Shown here in pieces: positions 54,555 to 64,000 of a stretch of 64,000 bases of DNA (positions within the stretch are counted from its first letter, which is position 1; every line of letters begins with the position of its first letter). Below the pieces are notes generated by a model. It did not search any database. It was given only the letters and a program-made list of their open reading frames with translations, and was not told the origin of the DNA. A program made the position numbers and the translations under genes. The DNA is from Eledone cirrhosa (Eukaryota), in assembly GCA_964016885.1 (NCBI GenBank), contig OZ024745.1, positions 13,702,001 through 13,766,000 on the forward strand. Reading direction: 5' to 3'.

Positions 54555-54953
54555 TCTGCGATTTCACAGAACTTATGTTTAGCGAATTCGCAGACCAGAC
54601 CCCTTCTTCCTCCCGTTAGACCTGTGCGAAATTCCTTCCTTGCTCACATTTCAACCAGGTTTGATGGTCTTTATTCTCTCGTTCACGATTTCACCGAATT
54701 TATATTCATAGAAATCTGGGACTTGTCTCTTTCTTCATCACTTTCTGTTGCTTAAACCATTTTGTTTGTTTACCCTAGCGTCCCCTTTATTTACGTGTCC
54801 CAACGACTTTTTTTAGCCGTTGCTCGCACTAACCGGAGGTATATGGTCTTTAAAACGATGAAATGCCTATGACGGTTGGAAGACCACTGATGAAGGACAA
54901 ACTTTTTCATATGTAACCCATTTGCAACGCCGCAGCTCCATTATTATCATATA

Positions 54954-55062
<109 letters not shown>

Positions 55063-55069
55063 ATATATA

Positions 55070-55152
<83 letters not shown>

Positions 55153-56058
55153 ATTTATATATAGTATGTCTCTCCCTCACCTTCTCTTTACCACTGTCTC
55201 TCCTTCTCAACTACAGTCTCCCCTCTCCCTTTCTTTACCACTGTCTCTCCCTCTCAACTACAGGCTCTCCCCCTCTTCCCTCTCTACCACGACAGTTCAT
55301 ATGATCTACACTAACTAATGATGCTACTTCCACGTAAACACTCGACATCTTACATCAAAGATGACGGTGAACGGAAATATTTCATGTAGTGACGTCACAC
55401 CTTCAACCACACCACCATCACGTCGGTGGAGCAACGTGTTTAGGTGTTGTGGTGGTGGTGATGGTGGTGGTGGTGGTGGTGGTGATGGTGGTGTTTGTGG
55501 TGGTTGTGGTTGTGGTGGTGGTGGTTGAGGTGGTGGTGGTGGTTGTGGTGGTGGTGGTGGTGGTGGTGGTTGATGTGGTGATTATGGTGGTGATTATGGT
55601 GGTGGTGGTGGTGTTTGTGGTGGTGGTGGTGGTGGTTGATGTGGTGATTATGGTGGTGGTGATGGTAACCCTGGTGATTATGGTGGTTATTTTGGTGCTA
55701 TCTTTACCTTAGTGTGGTGGTCGGGGGATGAAGATGATGGGGGTGACGGTGATGGTGGTGGTGATGATGGTGGTGGTGCAGGTGATGGTGGTGGTGTGGC
55801 AGTGGTGGTGGTGGTGATGATGGTGTTGGTTGATGTTTCTGTACTGTCATCATCATCATCATCATCCTTCGACTCCTCTGTGGGCAGTCGGAACTCCCTT
55901 GACAATCCCTTTCCATAAAGGATCTGTCCCCAGATCCTTTATGTCCAACGATGAGTCCAGAGCTATGGGGTCTAGGAAAGTCAGTTTTCCTGAATAAGAC
56001 ACAGAATGAGAGATGAAATGATTTCTTTGTCGGCGTTTGATTCTATCAGTAGAAATCT

Positions 56059-56137
<79 letters not shown>

Positions 56138-56646
56138 TGGTATGAGCATAGGCCAGAGGTGGTGATGGAGAACAATCAGGTGAAGGTGCTGTGAGATTTT
56201 AGGATACAGACGGACAAAAAACTGGAACACAATAGACCTGACCTGGTGGTTGTGGACAAAGAAAAAAGATCGTGTCTGATTGTGGATGTGGCCTGCCCGT
56301 TCGACACGAGAGTGCAAGAGAAGGAGAGGGAGAAAATTAACCGATACCAGGACCTAAAGTGGGAGGTGAAAAGGATTTGGAACTGCCATGAAGTCAAAGT
56401 GATCCCGATTGTCATAGGCGCACTGGGGACTATCTCCAAAAGTTTCCAGGGATGGTTAAAGAAAATCGGCCCCTTCACGCTTTTTGGAACGCTTCAAAAG
56501 GCATGCTTGCTTGGAACAGCAAGAACCCTCCGATACGTCCTGAATATCTGAGGCTGCAGGTAGTGGCTTGATATTCAATCCAACGGACTTTCCAGTTAAC
56601 CAACATCAATGACTGAGATTCAAGGAATAATAATAATAATAATAAT
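56138..56646 (+). mobile_element. 5'-truncated R4/Dong-type non-LTR element (restriction-like endonuclease end) inside (TAA)n
   Basis: WYEHRPEVVMENNQVKVL*DFRIQTDKKLEHNRPDLVVVDK..IVDVACPFD..KEREKINRYQDL..VIPIVIGALG..LQKACLLGTARTLRYVLNI*. (TAA)n on both sides (56059-56136 and 56626-56646). Confidence 0.92.
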
Positions 56647-57497
56647 GAAATTATTGTGTACAGTGCTCAGGTGCACTACAACTCATCAAAGGTGCATGTA
56701 TAGTACATAGAATAATATACAAATGTCAAGGAAGTGAATAGTGTATGAGTCATGATATACATGTGTGCGTGTGTATGGAGGGGTATATCAGGTGTAGTGT
56801 TGGCGAATCTCAACAAGCATGGAGGTTTTAAAGGATGCAGTGTATTGACAGCTAACAACTGATGCAGGTAGTTTGTTCCATGGAGGTTTTAAAGGATGCA
56901 GTGTCTCGACAGCTAATAACTGATGCAGGTAGTTTGTTCCATGGAGGTTTTAAAGGATGCAGTGTTTCGACAGCTAATAACTGATGCAGGGAGTTTGTTC
57001 CATGGAGGTTTTAAAGGATGCAGTGTCTCGACAGCTAATAACTGATGCAAGTAGTTTGTTCCATGGAGGTTTTAAAGGATGCAGTTTCTTGACAGCTAAT
57101 AACTGATGCAGATAGTTTGTTCCGTGGAGGTTTTAAAGGATGCAGTGTCTCGACAGCTAACAACTGATGCAGGTAGTTTGTTCCATGGAGGTTTTAAGGG
57201 ATGCAGTGTCTTGACAGATAATAACTGATGCAAGGAGTTTGTTCCATGCTTCAGCAACTCTGAGCGTGAAAAAATGTTTTCGAAAGTCATGGGAGCTGTG
57301 CTGTTTTCTGACTTTGTTGGCATGCCCACGTGTGTTAGACACATGGAATTAAAAAAGGTACTCAGGGCTGTTGTTGGCAAGATGGTTAATAATTTTGTGG
57401 GTGTTTACCAAGTCAGTTTCCAGACGTCGGAGAGTCAATGTATCCATGCTCAGGGAAACAAGGCGTTCAGAGTATGGTAAATGTCTGGTGGCTTTAA
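56626..57497 (-). mobile_element. 3' end of a CR1-group LINE with internal 61-bp tandem expansion
   Basis: LPYSERLVSLSMDTLTLRRLETDLVNTHKII..NTRGH..RKHFFTLRVAEAWNKL..VVSC..TASFK is the CR1-group ORF2 C-terminus; the 3' UTR ends in (TTA)n. Confidence 0.82.
56818..57248. repeat. 7 x 61 bp tandem repeat
   Basis: catggaggttttaaaggatgcagtgtctcgacagctaataactgatgcaggtagtttgttc; 56818 to 57245 is exactly 7 periods. Confidence 0.95.
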
Positions 57498-57509
57498 AAT
57501 ATTTCAACT

Positions 57510-57691
57510 CTACGGAATACCTTCTGGAATTGTTGAGGCAATTGAAGCTCTGTACAAAAACTGCCACCGCTGTATCACCTGGTGGAGACACTGAATCCTT
57601 TGAAGTAAAACTAGGAGTTCTACAAGGTGACACACTTGCTCCTTTTCTCTTCATAGTTGTTCTGGACTATGTCCTACGCATCTCGTGCTAA
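57510..57691 (+). mobile_element. Short RT fragment of another LINE (RTE-like)
   Basis: YGIPSGIVEAIEALYK..SPGGDTESFEVKLGVLQGDTLAPFLFIVVLDYVLR. Confidence 0.75.
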
Positions 57692-57809
57692 CTGTACTGT
57701 AGTGTGGTGGTTGGAGTGAATGTGGTGGGGCTGTTGTAGTGGTGGATGTTTGGGTTCTATCTGTACTGTAGTGTGGTGGTGAAGGTGGTGGTGGTGGTGG
57801 TGGTGGTGG

Positions 57810-57847
<38 letters not shown>

Positions 57848-57952
57848 ATAGTGTTCGTGGTTGTTGTGGTAGTATTGGTGGTGATGACGGTGGAGGTGAT
57901 GGTGGTGGTTGTGGTGTGATAGTGCTGGTGGTGTTGGTCTTGTTGTTTTTGG

Positions 57953-57983
<31 letters not shown>

Positions 57984-59607
57984 GGTGGTGGTGATGGTGG
58001 TGGTGGTGATGTAGAGGCTAAGGTGGTAGAGTAACACCCACATTAGCACACACACTCTCACACATTTCATTCTAGATGTTCTTACATACACATACGTACA
58101 CACACATTAACACATACTTTGCTATAATCCTTACAGACACAGACAGACACTTTGTAACAATCCTCACACACACATTGCTACAATCCACACACATATACAC
58201 ACACACACATTGCTACAATCCACACACACGCGCTATAATACAACCTTCATACACTTATTATATAAATCATATGATATTAGACAGGTGTTTTGTTCATAAA
58301 TACGAAAGAATTACCTTATTTGTTTCGTGACGTAGAACTGAGAAATACCTGTAATATACCACATCTTTCAGATGACGTAGATTTACATATCATCCAGAGA
58401 ATTCCTCCTCTTCTATATAGTAGTGCTCTGGTTATTCGACATCACAGAGAATCCCCCTCCAAATCATGTATTTCTAATAGGATTATTACCTGTAACAGAT
58501 CTCCACCTCCAGATTATATATTTCTAATCTCATTATTTTTCACACCTGTAAAAGAAATCCCCCTCCAATACCTATATTTCTAAACTCATTATTTTTCACA
58601 CTTCTAAGAAACTCCCACTCCAAAATCAAATATTAGTAGCAGTGCCATATATGTTTATACAACACAGAGAATTCCCCCATCGTTGTGACTCAACAATGAC
58701 GTATATTTGCATAATTTACGAAATAATTCCATCATTCTCAGCCACGTCTTTTAGAGCAATCATTACCAATCTGCTTTTTGCGCTCGGCACTCTTTAAAAC
58801 AAGTAAAATTATTTAGACAAAAATACTTTCATACATCCATGAGAATTCCGTCCATAAATAATGTTTCTAATCTTTTTAATGATTTTATTTCTTCGAGAAA
58901 ATGTCTTCTTTTAAATCATCTGAGAGATACTCTCTCTAAATTATGTCTCAAGGTTAGAGACGTTTTTTTTTTTCCGTTTTTGTTTTGTGTTTTTTCATAC
59001 ATCCGAGAAAAATCCATTTCTAAAATATGTATGTCTCAATGTCACGTATTTCCTACTTTCCAAATCAATTCCATTTCTAATTCATGTCCTCATTCTGTCA
59101 TGTATGCTCATAACTTCAAGGGAATTTCATCCGTAAACCTCGTCTTTCTATGACCATCTACTTCAAGGCCTCTAAAAGAATTCTCGCTCTAAATTACATG
59201 TTTCTTGTAACCTATATTTGCATGTTTCGTGTAGCTACATAGCTCCGAGAATATTCTTTCTCGGGTAGTAACAGCCGCTATGTGAATGGCTTACGATCAG
59301 GACATCTTAAAAACCTAACTTCAAAGCACTTAGCTGAGGCCACCAAACGTTTGATTTAGTCGATCACTGCTCTAACAGCTTTTCTGTGTCGGCTTCCTCC
59401 AATATGGTCGTTTATTTTTCTTCTCGGCCACTTTCACTATGTCGAGGAAAAAAGAGGTATTCACTCCATTGGATTAGTTATGTTTTCCGACGACTCGCGG
59501 CCAAAATGTCGGCAGATCAACAGTGAAAAACCTTAGCTAAGAACTGTGTCCTGTTTAACACGGTGGTAGTGTTTGTTTTTTGCTTTTGTATTTTGGTGGG
59601 GATGATG

Positions 59608-59679
<72 letters not shown>

Positions 59680-61089
59680 AGCGAGAGACTCTTAGTCTTA
59701 ATTAAGACATCTCTCTAGGAGGTCACTGTGACATCGTTTGTATCCAATGATGTAGACCAGTTCTACTCTTTGAATAAATGCATTCGATGTTCAGAGAGTG
59801 GAATTGGCCTCGTGCAAAGTTTTTCCTCACTTAAAAAAGCTTCAAGCACAGGCATCGCTTGATATGTGACATTTTTGCGAGGCATGGTATTGCTGGCCAT
59901 AGGCAAGCCCCTAGCAGGACTAGGAAGCCACGTCCGTGATGCTCATGCTTAAGTATCAAGCGATGGCATTACTCGAAATCGAGTTGCAGCCATCATATAT
60001 GTGTGTGTGTGTGTGTAATTATACGAGTTATCGTTTTCAGTAACTCTAGTTCAATGAAACATATGTAAACGCTTGAAATAAACTCTATGCCTTGCGGCAT
60101 AGAGTTACGGCCCTTGACATTCTGAGTTCAAATCCCGCCAAGGTTAGCTTTATCTTTCCTTCTTCGGGGTCGATAAAATAAAGTATCAGTAATGCACTGA
60201 GGACGATTTAATTGACTTTCCCCTTCCCCTAAATTGTTGTACCTAAATCAGAAACGATTATTATAACTTGGCTGTTTCTTTTTAAGACTTTATCATTGTC
60301 GTTATTGATTAAATACAATAATAATTCATATTTGAACAACTTCTTATTTTAATGTCTCGTCTGAGTTACTGAAACTTTCTACAGAATCTCAAACACTGCA
60401 GTTCTTCTTGTTGCTGTTGTTGTTGTTGTGAATATACAATACACTTTTATTTCTAAGATATAATTACATAAATCCGTTTCCTTTCATTTGGCGTTTATAA
60501 CCCTTTCCAACTCTGCTTTATGTTTCTGTTTGTTTGACCAATTTATAATTAAGATAAATGTTTGTTTAATCTTATATATTTGTTAAGTATTGTATATATT
60601 ATTTGTGTCTATTTTCATTCTGTAAGAATTATAAATAATTTGTGATATTATTTATACAATTGTGAATAAAACTCTTTTAGAATTTTATAATATTAAAAAA
60701 TATACATAAAATTAATTGAGCGGTATCTAATAAAAACAAAAGACACAATAAAAGGGAAGAAAAAAAGAAAGGAAAATAAAGGAACTGAAAAGAAGAAAAA
60801 AAGGGTGAAGCAACGAAAGAAAGGGAGGGAAAGTCCTTACACTCCAGTCTGAGCGGTACCTCAGCTGCGACTCGCGCACACCTGCTGCAACACCACCCTG
60901 CCTCATGGGGTTCTGTCATCAAGTGTGCCGCTGTCCTCTACATACCAACTTTGTGAAATATATTCTAAATTACTAACCGAGTAGCCAAGAAACGTGGCTA
61001 TAGTCTTATCAAGTGTGTTGCTGTTCTCTCTCACTGCCTCCGTCTCTCTTGCTCCCTCTATCTCTCACTGTTATAAACAAATGGGGTCC

Positions 61090-62610
61090 ACACACTGGCC
61101 GCCCCGCGGTCTCGGCGGACAGAATAGAGTTGGCGTTTCCCCGGAGGATGGTGAGGGAGTTGTGTTGGAAGAGCCATTCCAGCTCGCACCTGTGGGTAGC
61201 CAACTCCAAGCCAATGGTGGTGTGTAGGGGGGTGGTCGTAGGGCCAAGGACACCAGAAGTCTCCACAGCTACGGGGTACCGATGGTGGTGTGTAGGGGGG
61301 TGGTCCAAGGGCCAAGGACACCAGAAGTCTCCACAGCTACGGGGTACCGATGGTGGTGTGTAGGGGGGTGGTCCAAGGGCCAAGGACACCAGAAGTCTCC
61401 ACAGCTACGGGGTACCGATGGTGGTGTGTAGGGGGTGGTCCTAGGGCCAAGGACACCAGAAGTCTCCACAGCTACGGGGTACCGATGGTGGTGTGTAGGG
61501 GGGTGGTCCAAGGGCCAAGGACACCAGAAGTCTCCACAGCTACGGGGTACCGATGGTGGTGTGTAGGGGGGTGATCCTAGGGCCAAGGACACCAGAAGTC
61601 TCCACAGCTACGGGGTACCGATGGTGGTGTGTAGGGGGGGGGGTCCTAGGGCCAAGGACACCAGAAGTCTCCACAGCTACGGGGTACCGATGGAAGTGTG
61701 TAGGGGGGTGGTCCAAGGGCCAAGGACACCAGAAGTCTCCACAGCTACGGGGTACCGATGGTGGTGTGTAGGGGGTGGTCCTAGGGCCAAAGACACCAGA
61801 AGTCTCCACAGCTACGGGGTACCGATGGTGGTGTGTATGGGGGGGGTCCTAGGGCCAAGGACACCAGAAGTCTCCACTGCTACGGGGTACCGATGGTGGT
61901 GTGTAGGGAGTGGTCCTAGGGCCAAGGACACCAGAAGTCTCCACTGCTACGGGTTACCGATGGAAGTGTGTAGGGAGTGGTCCTAGGGCTAAGGACACCA
62001 GAAGTCTCCACAGCTACGGGGTACCGATGGTGGTGTATAGGGGGTAGTCGTAGGGCCAAGGACACCAGAAGTCTCCACAGCTACGGGGTACCGATGGTGG
62101 TGTATAGGGGGTAGTCGTAGGGCCAAGGACACCAGAAGTCTCCACAGCTACGGGGTACCGATGGTGGTGTATAGGGGGTAGTCGTAGGGCCAAGGACACC
62201 AGAAGTCTCCACAGCTACGGGGTACCGATGGTAATGTGTAGGGGGTGGTCGTAGGGCCAAAGACACCAGAAGTCTCCACTGCTACGGGGTACCGATGGTG
62301 GTGTGTAGGGGGGGTCCTAGGGTCAAGGACACCAGAAGTCTCCACAGCTACGGGGTACCGATGGTGGTGTGTAGGGAGTGGTCCTAGGGCCAAGGACACC
62401 AGAAGTCTCCACAGCTACGGGGTACCGATGGTGGTGTGTAGGGAGGTTGTCCTAGGGCCAAGGACACCAGAAGTCTCCACAGCTACGGGGTACCGATAGA
62501 AGTGTGTAGGGAGGTGTTCCTAGGGCCAAGGACACCAGAAGTCTCCATTGCTACGGGCTCGACCGCAAACTGTGTACTCTGATCTTCTCACACTTGAGTT
62601 TCTCTCTTAC
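61090..62610 (-). mobile_element. 3' end of a CRE-clade non-LTR element (RLE domain) interrupted by its own tandem array
   Basis: Minus strand: EKLKCEK..STQFAVEPVAMETSGVLGP [array] TIGLELATHRCELEWLFQHNSLTILRGNANSILSA; matches the CRE-type P-V-A-x-E-T-x-G-x-x-G and S-L-x-I-x-R-G-N-A terminal motifs. Confidence 0.75.
61212..62557. repeat. About 20 x 67-70 bp GC-rich minisatellite
   Basis: Unit gatggtggtgtgtaggggggtggtccaagggccaaggacaccagaagtctccacagctacggggtacc. Confidence 0.97.
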
Positions 62611-62921
62611 ATCCTCTACAAAAAAAAACAAGAAAGGAGTAAAAAGAAATAAAAATGTTTTTATTTTTTTCAAGGGAGGTAACTGTAATCGTCAGCAATG
62701 TCGTAAGACGTTTTAGGTGGTTTCTCGTTCGCATCAAATATTTCATTTTTTGTTGAAAATAACTGGGGAAGAAAAATATTTTCAAGATGATTAATGGAAA
62801 CTTTACTACCTGAAGTAACTGGATATACAAGTAAGAACACTGTCTTTATATCCTATTTCTTGTGTCTCACATACTGACATTTTATTAAACGTAACATCGT
62901 CGAAATAAAGACCATGTGCTG

Positions 62922-62968
<47 letters not shown>

Positions 62969-63691
62969 ATACATATATCTTGCTTCTTTAGTAATATTTC
63001 CGTTTGTCCTGTTATTAATATATATATTCAGTAAAAAAAAAAAACGATAATCGAATTGCTATTAATAATCTCGCTACAGTATATTGTTTAGTAATTTTGT
63101 GTTGCACACCGATAGATGGATAGATACGTTTCACATGGCATAACTTAAATGATAAAAAATAAATGTTTATCTTAAAAGTGTGCCTTAAATAATCCAAATG
63201 ACTGAGCGGTACGAAGTGTTCTTAAGCAAGATCTTTCATTTCACGTTACTCCAATCAACGCACCTGAAATGAGTACCCAGTGTCAGCTGGGAAATTCTTA
63301 ACCTTGTCGTGGGCCAGGAAATAGCCTTGTACTTTTCTTGTCAATGCCGCTTAGCCTGATAACAGCCAGGGTCAAGAAAGACCTTAACTTACCTTATGAC
63401 AACGTATTAATAAAATACAAATTGAAGAATCTCTAATATACACTATATATTTCCTTTAGTGCGGATATATACATATAAAAATGTTGTTTGGTTGGTTTAT
63501 GTACAAGGTCAAATGGAATTGAAAGCTAGGTCTTTACGTAATTATTGACTTGTTTAGATAAGACAGAAAAATCCCGATATTTTAATAAATAATGAACGAT
63601 CCTATTAAATTGAATACATTTCTGTATATCGCAATCATGTATTATATCGAAGCCGGTGGAATTTGAAAACCGAATATAGTAAGCCAGTCTA

Positions 63692-64000
63692 TCACTTTCA
63701 CCTTTAAATAATTGTTTCTACTTTTGACACAAGGCCAGCAATTACCTCAGTGTATTACTGGTACTTTATTTTATCGACCCCATAAGGATGAAAGGCAAAG
63801 TTAACCTCGGCGGGATTTGAACTCAGAATGGCAAGGGCCGTAACTCTATGCTGCAAAGCATGGTGTCCGACCCTCTACTGATACTGCCAAATCCACTTTC
63901 ACCTTTAAATAATTGTTTCTACTTTTGGCACAAGGCCAGCAATTTATCAGTGTATTACTGGTACTTTATTTTATCGACCCCATAAGGATGAAAGGCAAAG
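63692..64000 (-). mobile_element. Two tandem family-B SINE copies (~202-bp duplication including flank), runs off the window
   Basis: cactttcacctttaaataattgtttctac.. repeated at 63692 and 63894. Confidence 0.85.

Noticed and set aside
58700-60000. Unique-looking sequence with coding-like composition
   Set aside because: The frames I read were interrupted and I recognised no motif; probably old TE debris, needs BLASTX.
62794-62830. Possible first coding exon METLLPEVTGYT|gtaaga on the + strand
   Set aside because: Too short to support, and no next exon identified before the window ends.

Overview
This is AT-rich, microsatellite-dense eukaryotic DNA. The SINE families and the (TA)n/(CA)n/(TAA)n load suggest an octopus or other coleoid cephalopod genome (inference, no database search). 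Almost all ORFs in the supplied track are microsatellite read-throughs. One real gene can be assembled by hand on the + strand: 10 coding exons (20573-30316), all GT-AG and phase-consistent. They encode about 418 aa with a CxxC..CxxC motif, a Dbl-homology (RhoGEF) domain, a PH-like domain and a C-terminal RRNALPDI that matches the PKA pseudosubstrate of PKI-beta. The rest is mobile and repetitive DNA: tRNA-derived SINEs, a maT/DD37D-like and a mariner/DD34D fossil, R4/Dong-type, CR1-type, RTE-like and CRE-type non-LTR fragments, a Penelope GIY-YIG remnant, at least four hammerhead-ribozyme motifs and a (TA)n-docked hairpin element family. Three tandem arrays grew out of the inside of a transposon (SINE A-box, LINE ORF2 end, CRE endonuclease). 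All calls were made by eye. Exon coordinates were checked base by base; repeat boundaries are approximate.
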